From Spirochaetota bacterium (GTDB lineage: Bacteria; Spirochaetota; UBA4802; UBA5550), in contig CAXXHB010000003.1 in assembly GCA_963664815.2 (NCBI GenBank), positions 1,056,001-1,120,000 of the forward strand: a DNA stretch of 64,000 bases. Direction: 5' to 3'. Numbering within the stretch: position 1 is the first letter of the stretch; each line of letters starts with the position of its first letter. The notes under the pieces were generated by a model. That model made no database searches, was not told the DNA's origin, and saw only the letters and a list, made by a program, of their open reading frames with translations. Shown here piece after piece: positions 1-11,800 of this stretch. The position numbers and the translations under genes were made by a program.

Positions 1-1
1 G

Positions 2-1450
2 AGTATCGGCAATCCGGTTCTTCTTTCTTCTATTAATATGGCATTCCGTCTCTTTGAGTCGGCCATGGTTCTGCGTGAAAGCGAGGAGAAATACAGATTT
101 ATTGCTGAAAACTCAACAGATGTAATATCACGGATTGATGAAAACGGAATAATTCTTTATATATCCCCGCTTTGCAAAGCTATTATAGGTTACAGTGAAA
201 ATGAACTCACCGGAACTAATATTGTACAGTATTATCACGAGGAGGACAGAGCAAGCGTATTTGATATATACCGCAGAATTGTTGAAATCCCCGATATTTT
301 TACCTTCAGCTACAGGGTAAAAAGGATGGATGGCTGCTATATATGGCTGGAGACTACCGGGAAGAGGATAACCTCACCTGACGGTAAATTTAAGGGAATT
401 ATCTCATCATCAAGAGATATTACTCAGAGGATCGAAGCTGAAAAGGCATTAAAGAACAGTGAAGAAAAGCTTCATGTGATGATGGACGGAGTCCCGGCTC
501 TTCTGTCCTATATCGATACTGATGAACGCTTTGTGTACGCCAATGACGGGTACGACAGATGGTATGGAATTCCCAAAGAGGCTATAATAGGGAAACATGT
601 CAGTGATGTATTGCCCCCTGATGAGTATGCTGGTATTTCTGAGTATAACAGAAAAGCCCTTGCCGGTGAGAGGGTGGAATTTGAAAGCGTTTCATTCCGG
701 AAGAATGTCGGGGAGAGGTATATAAGGGCTCACTTTGTACCTCATGTAAGCGATGGAGTCATACATGGCTTTTTTACCCTGATGTTTGACATAACTGAGA
801 ACAAAAAATCGGAGCAGAAGATTCTTTCGCTCCTCAATGAAAAAGATCTGCTGCTTAAAGAGGTACATCACAGGGTGAAGAACAACATGGGTTCAATTGC
901 AGCTCTTCTGTATCTCCAGATGGACTCAATGGATAATCCCGCTGCTGTCAATGCCATACAGGACGCAAGAAGCAGGGTTATGAGCATGATGGGGATTTAT
1001 GATATACTTTACAGGTCAGGTGAGTACAGGTCAGTAGCTGCAAGGGAATATTTTTCCGATCTCCTGGCAAAGATATCTTCCACTTATATTACATCATCGC
1101 GCATAAAGGTTGAAAGTGAAATAGATGAGATGGTACTGGATTCCAGCGTCCTTTTCCCTGTAGGGATGATTGTCAATGAACTGTTTACCAATGCCGTTAA
1201 ATATGCCTTCAGCGGAAGTAAACCGGGAGTAATATATGTCATGATAAAAAAGAGGGGTGAAAGGCATGTCGAGATAAGCATAAGGGACAACGGCATAGGG
1301 CTGCCCGATGCCATGGAAATATCCGGCAGCCGCGGATTTGGTCTTAATCTTGTAAGAATGATGATACAGCAGATTAATGGTTCAGTCAAAATCAACAGGA
1401 TTGGTGGGACTGAATTCCGCATCAATTTTTCTGTAGATAAACCTGTTTAA
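2..1450 (+). CDS. PAS-PAS HisKA_2-type sensor histidine kinase, 5'-truncated by the window edge
   Basis: Frame is open from position 2 (SIGNPVLLSSINMAFRLFE, resembling a receiver-domain tail). Two PAS/PAC repeats, EVHHRVKNN H-box, NELFTNAVKYAF N-box, DNGIG and GFGL G-boxes. Confidence 0.88.
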   Translation, partial: SIGNPVLLSSINMAFRLFESAMVLRESEEKYRFIAENSTDVISRIDENGIILYISPLCKAIIGYSENELTGTNIVQYYHEEDRASVFDIYRRIVEIPDIFTFSYRVKRMDGCYIWLETTGKRITSPDGKFKGIISSSRDITQRIEAEKALKNSEEKLHVMMDGVPALLSYIDTDERFVYANDGYDRWYGIPKEAIIGKHVSDVLPPDEYAGISEYNRKALAGERVEFESVSFRKNVGERYIRAHFVPHVSDGVIHGFFTLMFDITENKKSEQKILSLLNEKDLLLKEVHHRVKNNMGSIAALLYLQMDSMDNPAAVNAIQDARSRVMSMMGIYDILYRSGEYRSVAAREYFSDLLAKISSTYITSSRIKVESEIDEMVLDSSVLFPVGMIVNELFTNAVKYAFSGSKPGVIYVMIKKRGERHVEISIRDNGIGLPDAMEISGSRGFGLNLVRMMIQQINGSVKINRIGGTEFRINFSVDKPV

Positions 1451-1844
1451 TACTTCCGCCAGCTTTTGTTGACTCCTGTGTCTGCTGACCCGCAAAATTC
1501 CTTCAGATAAAAATATTACGATTTTACACTATTAAAAGTCATCTTTTTTCTCAGACTTTACAGGTGAAATACAGAAGAGTTTAAACATTTTATAAAGAGA
1601 AAAAATTGACATACTGCATCGTTATTTTATATTTGGTAAAAAAAGAGGGCACATTTGTCTCTTTTTTTTTTAAGGTATAAAAACATGAAAAACAGAATCA
1701 GTAATTTTTCCTGAAATTTTTTATTTACACCGTGAATAAATAATATAATACCAGCTGCTGTTATCAGTGCTGGATATTATAAAATGTTTTGCCTGTAAAA
1801 TATTCAGAGATTACAGATGAATTAAACTTCCAAAGGTTAATGAA

Positions 1845-4800
1845 ATGAAAACATTTAAAAAAGTTCTTATTGCAAACAGGGGGGAGATTGCCATCAGGAT
1901 TATCCGGGCATGCCATGAACTTGGTATACGCACAGTGGCAATTTATTCCAGAGAAGATAGATATGCCCTTTTCAGGACAAAATCCGATGAGTCATATCTC
2001 ATAGGTAAAAACAGCGGCCCGATTGAGGCTTATCTTGGTATTGAAGAGATTATAAATCTCGCGCTGAAGAAGGGTGTTGATGCCATTCACCCCGGTTACG
2101 GTTTTCTTGCTGAGAATCCGGATTTCTCCGCGAAGTGCGAGGAACATGGGATTGAATTTATAGGCCCCACACCTCATATGCTGGACAGCCTGGGTGATAA
2201 GATAAAATCAAAAATTGTAGCACAGAACAACGGTGTGCCGGTAATACCGGGCGTTGAAAGGGCCATTAAAAGCGATGATGAGGCTGTTGAGTTTGCCTCC
2301 GGATGCGGTTACCCGGTTATGCTCAAGGCATCTGCCGGGGGTGGGGGACGTGGAATGCGTATAATCCGCAGTGAAAGCGAGCTTATTCCGGGGTTCCACA
2401 ACGCAAGGAACGAGGCGCGTAAAGCCTTCGGCAATGACGATATATTCATGGAAAAATACCTTGAACAGCCGAAACATATAGAGGTGCAGGTTCTTGGGGA
2501 CAATTACGGAAATATTGTACACCTCTTTGAGAGGGATTGTTCCATACAGAGAAGACATCAGAAGGTTATAGAGTTTACCCCCTCCATCGCAATATCCGAA
2601 AAGCAGAGAGAGGCCATATGCGCCGATGCTGTTAAAATCGCGAAGGCTGTCGATTACAGAAGCGCGGGAACCGTTGAGTTTCTTGTCGATAGAAACGGAA
2701 ACCATTACTTTATTGAAATGAACCCGAGGATACAGGTTGAGCATACGGTTACCGAAATGGTTACAGGCATAGACCTTGTACAGAGTCAGATACTGATCGC
2801 GCAGGGGCACAGGCTCGACTCCGATGAGATAGGGATTAAATCGCAGGATTCAATCAGGTCGAGAGGGTACGCGATACAGTGCAGGGTAACCACTGAAGAT
2901 CCGGCAAACAACTTTGCCCCCGACACCGGAAGAATTGACGTTTACCGGACCGGCTCGGGCTGCGGTATAAGGCTTGACGGCGGAAACGGCTATACCGGCT
3001 CTGTTATAAGCCCATACTACGATTCGCTGCTTGTGAAGATCATATCTCATTCAAGGACATTTCATGATGCCATAAACAAGGCAAGGCGTTCCATCAAGGA
3101 ACTTGTCATTTCCGGCGTTAAAACAAACGAGGGGTTTCTGCTTAATGTTCTGTCACATCCGGTCTTTCAGAATGGCGAGTGTACAACAGGATTTATTGAA
3201 AGTACCCCCGAACTCTTTAATATAGCCCCCCGTGATGACAGTGAAATCAGAATACTCACATACCTCGGGGAAAAGGCTGTTAATGAGACCAAAGGGGTTA
3301 CAATGGAACATGACGTTCCGAGAATTCCGCATGTTCCGGAAAATGTCAGACTTCGCGGAACAAAACAGCTTCTCGATGAAAAGGGGCCAGCAGGTGTTGT
3401 AGAGTGGATTAAATCGCAGAAAAAACTTCTTCTTACCGATACATCATATCGTGACGCTCACCAGTCACTTATGGCTACAAGGCTGAGGACCCACGACATG
3501 CTGAAGATAGCCGAACCGACGGCGTATCTCGCGCCTGAACTTTTTTCTCTTGAGATGTGGGGCGGTGCGACATTTGACGTTTCGTACAGATTTCTCAAAG
3601 AGGACCCATGGAAAAGGCTCGAGGAACTGAGGGAAAAGATTCCTAACATAATGTTTCAGATGCTTCTGCGTGGTGCAAACGCGGTTGGCTACACAAATTA
3701 CCCTGACAATCTTATAAGGGAGTTTATACAGCAATCCGCTTCATCCGGAATAGACATTTTCAGGATATTCGATTCCCTGAACTGGCTTAAGGGGATGGAG
3801 GTTGCGGTTGATGAGGTTCTTAAAACAGGGAAGATTGCCGAGGCATGTGTATGCTATACCGGCGATATCCTCGACAGCAAAAGAGATAAATATACACTTG
3901 AGTACTATGTAAAAACCGCGAAAGAGATTGAGAATATGGGCGCCCATATTCTCGGTATTAAGGATATGGCCGGTCTGCTTAAACCATACGCTGCCGAAAA
4001 GCTGATAAAGGCATTGAAGGATGAGATATCAATCCCCATACATCTTCACACGCATGATACCAGTGGTAACGGAGTTGCCACTGTTCTTCTCGCGGCGGAG
4101 ATGGGTGTTGATATAGTCGACACATCATTCAACAGCATGTCCGGGGTTACAAGCCAGCCTGCTCTTAACTCTATCGTAGCCGCGCTTGAATATACAGACA
4201 GGGATACTGGGCTCAACCGCGATAATATACAGGAGATTTCAGATTACTGGAACGATATACGACCGGTTTACAACCAGTTCGAATCCGAGCTGAAATCGGG
4301 CACGGCAGAGATTTATAAATATGAGATTCCGGGCGGGCAGTATTCAAATCTCAAATCACAGGTGGACAGCTTTGGCCTTGGGCATAAGTTTCTTGAGGTC
4401 AAGGAGATGTATATGACAGTTAACCTCATGGTGGGAGATATTGTCAAGGTAACTCCATCTTCGAAGATGGTGGGTGATCTTGCGATTTTCATGGTTAAAA
4501 ATGATTTAACCCCTGAAAATATAATAATAAAGGGGAGGGACATGGCTTTTCCCGATTCTGTGGTTTCGTTTTATGAAGGTATGATGGGTCAGCCTGTGGG
4601 AGGTTTCTCAAGGGAAATTCAGGAGATAGTACTGAAGGGGAAAACCCCGATTACCTGCAGGCCCGGTGAGCTGCTTCCGGCAGTTGACTTTGAAAAACTG
4701 AGAGACGAGCTTTCGGGAAAAATGGACATCGCTCCGACTATGAAGGATGTTTTAAGCTATGCGCTTTACCCGAAGGTATTTGAGGAATATATTGCGTTTA

Positions 4801-5273
4801 TAAAAAAATACGGCGACTTGAGCAGAATGGATTCTCCGCTCTTCTTTGACGGGTTGAGGATAGGAACACCATTTGACGTGGAACTTGACGAGGGGAAGGT
4901 ATTTATTATTGAACTTCTTCAGATCGGAAAGATAAACAGTGACGGATACAGGGAAATTGTATTTGAAGTCAACGGCAACAGACGTGAAATGACTATACTT
5001 GACAGGACGTACAGGGCTGAGAAAACGGTTGTTACAACACAGAATGCCGATCCGGACAATCCGAAAGAGATAGGCGCCGGTATACCCGGTTCTGTCTCCA
5101 GGCTGCTTGTAAAAGCAGGCGATCATGTGAAAGCGGGGCAGAGCCTTCTTGTTATTGAAGCGATGAAGATGGAGACAAATATTACGGCGCCTTCAGACGG
5201 CGTTGTAGCCGTTATTGCGGTAAAAGAGGGGCAGAGGGTTAAAAACGGCGAGCTGCTGATCAAGCTTGAGTAA
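1845..5273 (+). CDS. pyc: pyruvate carboxylase (single chain BC-CT-BCCP)
   Basis: ANRGEIA and IHPGYGFLAEN (biotin carboxylase); RDAHQSL, EMWGGATFDV and HLHTHDT (carboxyltransferase); EAMKM biotinyl-lysine motif. Confidence 0.97.
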   Translation: MKTFKKVLIANRGEIAIRIIRACHELGIRTVAIYSREDRYALFRTKSDESYLIGKNSGPIEAYLGIEEIINLALKKGVDAIHPGYGFLAENPDFSAKCEEHGIEFIGPTPHMLDSLGDKIKSKIVAQNNGVPVIPGVERAIKSDDEAVEFASGCGYPVMLKASAGGGGRGMRIIRSESELIPGFHNARNEARKAFGNDDIFMEKYLEQPKHIEVQVLGDNYGNIVHLFERDCSIQRRHQKVIEFTPSIAISEKQREAICADAVKIAKAVDYRSAGTVEFLVDRNGNHYFIEMNPRIQVEHTVTEMVTGIDLVQSQILIAQGHRLDSDEIGIKSQDSIRSRGYAIQCRVTTEDPANNFAPDTGRIDVYRTGSGCGIRLDGGNGYTGSVISPYYDSLLVKIISHSRTFHDAINKARRSIKELVISGVKTNEGFLLNVLSHPVFQNGECTTGFIESTPELFNIAPRDDSEIRILTYLGEKAVNETKGVTMEHDVPRIPHVPENVRLRGTKQLLDEKGPAGVVEWIKSQKKLLLTDTSYRDAHQSLMATRLRTHDMLKIAEPTAYLAPELFSLEMWGGATFDVSYRFLKEDPWKRLEELREKIPNIMFQMLLRGANAVGYTNYPDNLIREFIQQSASSGIDIFRIFDSLNWLKGMEVAVDEVLKTGKIAEACVCYTGDILDSKRDKYTLEYYVKTAKEIENMGAHILGIKDMAGLLKPYAAEKLIKALKDEISIPIHLHTHDTSGNGVATVLLAAEMGVDIVDTSFNSMSGVTSQPALNSIVAALEYTDRDTGLNRDNIQEISDYWNDIRPVYNQFESELKSGTAEIYKYEIPGGQYSNLKSQVDSFGLGHKFLEVKEMYMTVNLMVGDIVKVTPSSKMVGDLAIFMVKNDLTPENIIIKGRDMAFPDSVVSFYEGMMGQPVGGFSREIQEIVLKGKTPITCRPGELLPAVDFEKLRDELSGKMDIAPTMKDVLSYALYPKVFEEYIAFIKKYGDLSRMDSPLFFDGLRIGTPFDVELDEGKVFIIELLQIGKINSDGYREIVFEVNGNRREMTILDRTYRAEKTVVTTQNADPDNPKEIGAGIPGSVSRLLVKAGDHVKAGQSLLVIEAMKMETNITAPSDGVVAVIAVKEGQRVKNGELLIKLE

Positions 5274-5278
5274 TACGG

Positions 5279-6544
5279 ATGAATGGCAGGAGGCCAGCCC
5301 CGGCGCTCAGGGCACTGTCAAACAGGAATTACCGGCTGTTTTTTTTCGGCCAGGGAGTTTCTCTTATCGGCACATGGATGCAGAGCATTGCCGCAAGCTG
5401 GCTCATCTACCGCCTTACCGGTTCTGCGTTTATGCTGGGACTCTCAGGTTTTCTCGGACAGATGCCGGTGTTTTTCATATCCCCTTTTGCCGGAGTTATC
5501 GGGGACAGGCTTAAGAAACGCAGGATACTTCTGGTTGTGCAGACATTGTCCATGTTTCAGGCCTTTGTTTATGCTGCTGTCACCCTCTCCGGCATAGTTC
5601 AGGTGTGGCATATACTCACTCTCAGCTGCATTCTCGGCATCATTAACGCTTTTGAAATGCCTGTAAGGCAGGCTTTCGTTATAGAGATGGTGAAAGACAA
5701 ATCAGACCTTCCGAATGCCATCGCGCTCAATTCATCGATTTTCAACGCATCAAGACTCATCGGCCCGGCTCTTGCAGGGGTTATTGTGGCAGCGGCCGGC
5801 GAGGGGGTATGCTTTCTTATAAACGGAATCAGTTATATCGCGGTTATTGCCGCCTTTGTTTCAATGAAGGTAACTCCGGTTGAAATTGCAAAATCGGGGA
5901 AAAATCTTCTCTCGGATATGAAGGAGGGTTTTACCTATGCTATGGGTTTTATTCCGATAAGAGATATTCTATTCTTAATAGCTTCTATCACTTTTTTCGG
6001 CATGACATTCCCTGTACTTCTCCCTGTTTTTGCCGCTAAAATCTTCAACGGCGGGTCACATACCTTCGGGCTGCTTGTATCCTCCTCAGGAGCCGGGGCA
6101 TTTCTTGCTACGGTTTACCTTGCAATGAGAAAGTCGATTGAGGGCCAGGGGAGGGTAATGAATATTGCCGTTTATACTCTGGCTGCGGGTTTAATGGCTT
6201 TTTCATTCTCCGGAATTCTTTATGTATCTGTAGTTCTCCTGGTAATTATCGGTTTCAGCATGATCGTGGTTATCGCCTCCTGCAACATGGTTCTGCAGGC
6301 TGTTGTTGATGAGAATAAAAGGGGAAGAGTAATGAGCTTTTACGTAATGGCGTTTAACGGCGCAGCACCTGTTGGCAGTCTCATTGCCGGCGCGGTATCC
6401 TCAAAAGCAGGCGCGCCTGTAACTGTTTTTATCTGCGGTTCTGTATGCCTGATTCTCGGAATTATTTTCTCATTCAGGATTCAGAAAATCGGAGATTCCG
6501 TCAGGGAGGCTGCAGCGGTTAAGCTCGATGAAGGAAAAAGATAA
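5279..6544 (+). CDS. MFS transporter (MFS_3-like)
   Basis: About 12 hydrophobic segments; RNYRLFFFGQGVSLIGTWMQ N-terminus; GVIGDRLKKRR motif A; RGRVMS. Confidence 0.9.
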   Translation: MNGRRPAPALRALSNRNYRLFFFGQGVSLIGTWMQSIAASWLIYRLTGSAFMLGLSGFLGQMPVFFISPFAGVIGDRLKKRRILLVVQTLSMFQAFVYAAVTLSGIVQVWHILTLSCILGIINAFEMPVRQAFVIEMVKDKSDLPNAIALNSSIFNASRLIGPALAGVIVAAAGEGVCFLINGISYIAVIAAFVSMKVTPVEIAKSGKNLLSDMKEGFTYAMGFIPIRDILFLIASITFFGMTFPVLLPVFAAKIFNGGSHTFGLLVSSSGAGAFLATVYLAMRKSIEGQGRVMNIAVYTLAAGLMAFSFSGILYVSVVLLVIIGFSMIVVIASCNMVLQAVVDENKRGRVMSFYVMAFNGAAPVGSLIAGAVSSKAGAPVTVFICGSVCLILGIIFSFRIQKIGDSVREAAAVKLDEGKR

Positions 6545-6575
6545 TAAAGACAAACATCCGCATTAAAATAATTTA

Positions 6576-7887
6576 CTTGAGTTAGGCGTTTTTTTAAAAG
6601 AAAAAAGATAATGGGGCAAAAAATAGTATTAATTTTTTACCCCATTATGAATAGTATTTTAAAAACTCTAATGAATAAAAAAATAAACAACAGATTACAG
6701 AAGACAAGTATTTTACAGCGGCGAAAGAAATTTTTTCAAAACCGCAAATGAGGCATTTTACTAAGATGCTGAAAGGGATAATAGAATATGATGGTCGTCA
6801 TACAATCTCAAGTCTCAACTCCATTCAGGTTGACACAAGAGATGTTAGTAATGATATAAAGTTTATAAGAGATACAGCTTGGACCTGTAAAGATCTTTTA
6901 AGAGTTAACAGGAATTTTTTAAAATGTATCGCGAAGAAAAACGGGACAGGCTTTTTAATAATAGATGATACTGTGATAGAGAAGCCGGGAAAACCGAAGA
7001 AGATAGAAAGTCTCGGGTGGCATTATTCTCATTCAAAAGGCAGAACGGTATATGGTCACAGTTTGGTGACAAGTCATTATAGATCAGGGGATATATCTTT
7101 CCCATATGATTTCCGGTTTTATCTAAATGAGAAAGTGGCAACTAAATCCGGAGAAGTATTTAAAACAAAACCGGATATAGCATGTGAATTGATAGATAAG
7201 TTTGAACCTTTTACGGGAGATAAGATATACTGTTTAGTAGATAGCTGGTACACATCGGAGAAAGTCGTAAAAGCTGTAAAAGACCGGGAATTTGAACTTA
7301 TAGGAGCGCTTAAGAGCAATAGAGTATTCCAGTTCAAAGAGCATGGTAAAAAACATAAGCTGTCAGCTTATGTGAAAAACTTAAGAAACTCATCCTTTGA
7401 GAAAGTAAAATTAAAGGATGAAGCCTTCAAAGTCAGACGGATAGAAGTCTGGCTGAAAGGTATCGGTAATGCAATTATACTGATATCAAAGAGAGTCAAG
7501 GACGGATCTAGAATGTTCATCCTTAGTACGGATATGAACTTGAATAATGAAGGCATCTTGAAATATTACAGCTTTCGCTGGGATATTGAAGTTGGATATC
7601 TTTATTGTAAAGATCGTCTTGGTATGAGTCAATACCAGATGAGGAAACTGAAGGCAATAGAAAAATACTGTGCTCTTGTATTTGCTGCGTATGCTTTACT
7701 TGAATCATTGAGAGTTGCTAACAATGAACAGAGTCTTGGGAAATCTCGACAGTATTTCAAAATAATGAAGAAGCGGGAGTACGTTGATCAAGTGATTATA
7801 ATGCATAAAAAGGGTGTCTCCAAGAGGGACATTTATAAAAAACTAAAACTCATGGCGTAGCTATGTCCAAAAAACGCCTAACTCGAG
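6576..7887 (+). mobile_element. IS701-like insertion sequence, 1312 bp
   Basis: Terminal IRs CTTGAGTTAGGCGTTTTTT (6576-6594) and AAAAAACGCCTAACTCGAG (7869-7887) match 18/19. Flanking direct repeat TAATTTA at 6569-6575 and 7888-7894. Encloses a DDE transposase. Confidence 0.9.
6748..7860 (+). CDS. DDE transposase, IS701/IS4-superfamily type
   Basis: IIDDTVIEK, LVDSWY and YSFRWDIE (YREK-like) catalytic motifs. The frame stays open upstream to 6679 (..IFSKPQMRHF). Confidence 0.9.
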   Translation: MRHFTKMLKGIIEYDGRHTISSLNSIQVDTRDVSNDIKFIRDTAWTCKDLLRVNRNFLKCIAKKNGTGFLIIDDTVIEKPGKPKKIESLGWHYSHSKGRTVYGHSLVTSHYRSGDISFPYDFRFYLNEKVATKSGEVFKTKPDIACELIDKFEPFTGDKIYCLVDSWYTSEKVVKAVKDREFELIGALKSNRVFQFKEHGKKHKLSAYVKNLRNSSFEKVKLKDEAFKVRRIEVWLKGIGNAIILISKRVKDGSRMFILSTDMNLNNEGILKYYSFRWDIEVGYLYCKDRLGMSQYQMRKLKAIEKYCALVFAAYALLESLRVANNEQSLGKSRQYFKIMKKREYVDQVIIMHKKGVSKRDIYKKLKLMA

Positions 7888-8184
7888 TAATTTAATACTT
7901 GAAATTCATGAGGGATATACTTATTTTGAATTTCAGTAATAATTCCTGAACATATTTCTTGTTAAAAAATAAATATTAGGGTTGTTTCAAGACTGGTATT
8001 TGTAGGGCTCAGGAAGCCTTGATGTGGCTTTTTTAAGGGGCTTCGCCCCTTAGACCCTGTAGAAAAGGGAGAAAGGAAACAAGTTTATTATCTCTTCCGG
8101 CAGATATGGCGGCATGGAACTTAAACATTTTTTACTTATAAAACTGAAGGAATAAATACTGATTAAAATTAAAAGGAGAAACAT

Positions 8185-8589
8185 ATGAAAAAAATTCTGG
8201 CATCAATGTTCGTACTCATCATAGCAGGCATGGTTTCATGTTCAAAGAGCCCTGAATCTGAAGCAAAGGCGCTCATTCTTGATATGACAAAACTGACAGA
8301 CAAAACAGCCGATAAAGTAAGCTCAGCCACAAGTGGTAAAGATGCAGGGGAAGCGCTTATAGCATACGCCGAAGGGATGAAAAAACTTGCTGAAACGGGC
8401 AAGGAACTTGAAAAGAAATATCCTGATCTGAAAGTGGAAGACAATGAAAAATTCAAATCTGAAGAAGAGGCCATGACCAAGGCAATGGGGAAGTTTACCG
8501 TTGCAATTACAGGTGTTATGACAAAATACGCCGATTCAAAAGAGTTTAAGGATGCTATGTCAAAAATGACTGAAGTAATGAAACAGTAA
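8185..8589 (+). CDS. small helical lipoprotein, unknown function
   Basis: AAGGAG RBS; MKK plus hydrophobic core plus MVS-C lipobox; Lys/Glu/Ala-rich helical body. Confidence 0.85.
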   Translation: MKKILASMFVLIIAGMVSCSKSPESEAKALILDMTKLTDKTADKVSSATSGKDAGEALIAYAEGMKKLAETGKELEKKYPDLKVEDNEKFKSEEEAMTKAMGKFTVAITGVMTKYADSKEFKDAMSKMTEVMKQ

Positions 8590-8620
8590 AAAAAAATATA
8601 TTAATTATATTAATCGTATA

Positions 8621-8654
8621 AAAAGAGAGCCGGAAAGGCTCTCTTTTTTTTTTA
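8621..8654 (+). terminator. rho-independent terminator
   Basis: AGAGAGCC-ggaaa-GGCTCTCT stem-loop followed by a long T run, after the lipoprotein gene. Confidence 0.85.
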
Positions 8655-8806
8655 CTGTGAAGCATTGTTTATGGAGAGGATTTTCATTACTATATATATG
8701 ATTACAGGATTGCTTAATCAGGTGAGTAATTTTGTAAAGAACAGGAAGAGAATATCCGAACCCGGTGGCCTGATGATTTTAAACTGTTTTATACAGGGAA
8801 AGAATT

Positions 8807-11800
8807 ATGGGAAATGAAGAAGACAACGGCGGCGAATTTAAATTTTCCGAACTGGTAGACATTGAAGAGTTGCGCGGTTTGTGTGAAAGCTTCAGCGCAA
8901 TCACCGGAATGGCGACCGCTATACTTGACCTTGAAGGGAATATTCTGGTTGCTACGGAATGGCAGGACTTATGCACCCGTTTTCACAGGATTAATCCTTT
9001 AACGGCGGGACGTTGCCATGAGAGTGATACTGTATTGGCCGGAAAGCTGGATAAAGGGGAAACCTATAATGTCTACAAATGTAAAAACGGATTGGTTGAT
9101 GTCGCGGTACCGATTATGATTGACGGGAGGCACCTCGCTAATTTTTTTACAGGGCAGTTTTTCTTTGATAAACCGGATAGGGAATTCTTTCTCCGTCAGG
9201 CAAAGGAAGCCGGATTTGATAGAGAGGGGTATATGAACGCGCTGGAACGCGTTCCGGTTTTCAGCGAATTACGGATAAAAAGCGCAATGGATTATTTTTC
9301 ACGCCTGGCAAGGCTCTTTGGTGAGATGGGGCTTTCCGGAAAAAAACTTGAGAAAGCAAACAAAGAACTTAGAAAACAGCATGAAATCCTCAGGACCAAA
9401 GAGTCGGATTACAGAAGTGTTATAGACAATATTCAGGATGTATTTTACCGGAGCGATAAATCGGGGAATCTTATTATGGTGAGCCCAAGCGCTCTGACGC
9501 TTCTGGGATATGAGTCGGCAGATGAGCTTCTCGGGAAGCCGGTTGCGGATGTTTTTTATTACAAGCCTGAGGAAAGGGCTGAATTTCTTAGAGAGATCAG
9601 GGAAAAGGGGAGAGTTACAAACTACGAAGTAGTTCTGAAAACAAAAAGCTGCAATCCGGTAATTGTTGAAGTCAGCAGTCATATATATTTTGATGATGCC
9701 GGAAATTACGCGGGAGTTGAGGGTCTGTTCAGGGACATTACCATGCGCAAACGGCGCGAGAAGGAACTGCGTGAAGCCTCCGAAAAGAGAGTCGAACTGG
9801 AATTTATCATTAATCACAGCCCGGCAATAGCCTGGTTATGGAGGGCTGTCCCGGGATGGCCGGTTGAATACGTGTCAGACAACCTTGCAAATTTCGGTTA
9901 TACACCTGATGATTTTATAAGCGGCAGGATCAGGTATGAATCGGTGATACATCCTGATGACGTTCAGAGGCTGGCTGAAGAGATTGAAAGGTATACGGGG
10001 GAGGGGAGATCGGAGTTTACTCAAGAATACAGAGTTTTGACAAAAGCAGGCGACATACGATGGATTGACGACAGGACATGGATCAGACGCGGTGTTGATG
10101 GAACAATAACTCACTACCAGGGGATAGTCCTGGATATAACCGAGCGTAAAAGAGCTGAAGAGGCGCTGAGGTCAAGCGAGCAGAACCTGAAGGCAATAGT
10201 GGATGGATCTCCTATTCCACAGTTTGTAATAGACAGAAATCATAAGGTGACACACTGGAACAGAGCGCTTGAGGAGTACAGCGGAATCAGGGCTTCAGAT
10301 GTTATCGGCACCAGCAGGCAATGGATGGCATTTTATGACCATGAACGTCCCTGTCTGGTCGACCTGCTGATGGATGGTTCTGCAGATTCAATCGTACAAT
10401 GGTATGAAGGAAAGTTTAACCGTTCGGGGCTTATTGAGAATGCATACGAATCGACAGATTTTTTCCCGGCTATGAAAAACGGAAAATGGCTTCGTTTTAC
10501 CGCAGCTCCGGTATATGATAATAACGGAAAAATTAAAAGTGCAGTGGAAACTCTCTACGATATTACCGATGAGAAAATGGGTGAGGAATTGCTTCGTATA
10601 AATGCAGAGAGGCTGGACACGCTTCTGAAAATAAACCAGATGACCGACACAGCTGACTATGAAATCATGAAATATGCCTTTGAAGAGGCTATAAGGCTCA
10701 CACAGAGCGAAATAGGATATCTTGGATTGATGAATGATGATGAAACTGAAATTGATGTTCAGGTATGGTCGCATGGTGTAATGCCTGAATGCGGTATTAA
10801 TGACAGGAACCTCCATTACCAGGTCAGTACCTCCGGTCTCTGGAGGGAGGCTATACGCCAGCGGAAGGCAGTTTTAAACAATGACGACAATACACCCAGC
10901 CCGCTTTATGAAGAGTCTGATGAAGAGCGGCTGTGGATAAAACGGCATATGCATGTCCCGGTTATAAGCGGCTCAAAGATTGTACTTCTTGCCGGTGTTG
11001 CAAATAAGTATTGCGAATATGATGAAACCGATCTCAGGCAGATGACTCTCCTGATGGAGGGGATGTGGAGTATTATAGAACGAAATCGTGTGTACAGTGA
11101 ATTGAGAGAATCGCAGAGGAGGCTTAAGGATATTATTGATTTTCTTCCTGATGCAACTCTTGTAATTGACAGGAACAGCAGGGTAATAGCCTGGAACAGG
11201 GCTATGGAGGATATGACCGGTATAAAGGGGGCAGATATGATAGGGAAGGGTGACTATGAATATGCTGTCCCGTTTTACGGTGAAAGGAGACCGATATTAA
11301 TAGATTTTGTCCTTGAACAGGATGATAACATTGAGAAGAAATATACAGGAATCAGAAAAGCAGGGGATATTCTTTTTGCCGAAGCTTTTACTCCGGCATT
11401 GCCGGGGGGAGGGGCGTACCTTTCCGGTGCAACCTCTGTTCTTCGCGATTCTTCAGGTGAAATTTTTGCCGCCATTGAATGTATAAGGGATAATACCGAA
11501 CATAAAAAGGCGGAAATGGAACGTAAAAAGCTTGAGGATCAGCTTATCCAGGCGCAGAAGATGGAAGCTGTAGGCAGGCTCGCGGGGGGCGTGGCCCATG
11601 ATTTCAACAATATGCTTACTCCTATAATGGGTTATGCGGAACTTATCAAAAAAAGCCTGTCGAAGGATGATCCTCGTCTGAATAAACTTAACGAGATTAT
11701 CCGCGCTTCGGAAAGGTCACGCGACCTTGTACGGCAGCTTCTTGCCTTTGCGCGGAAGCAGACTCTTGAAGTGAAACCCGTTGACCTGAATACGCTTATA

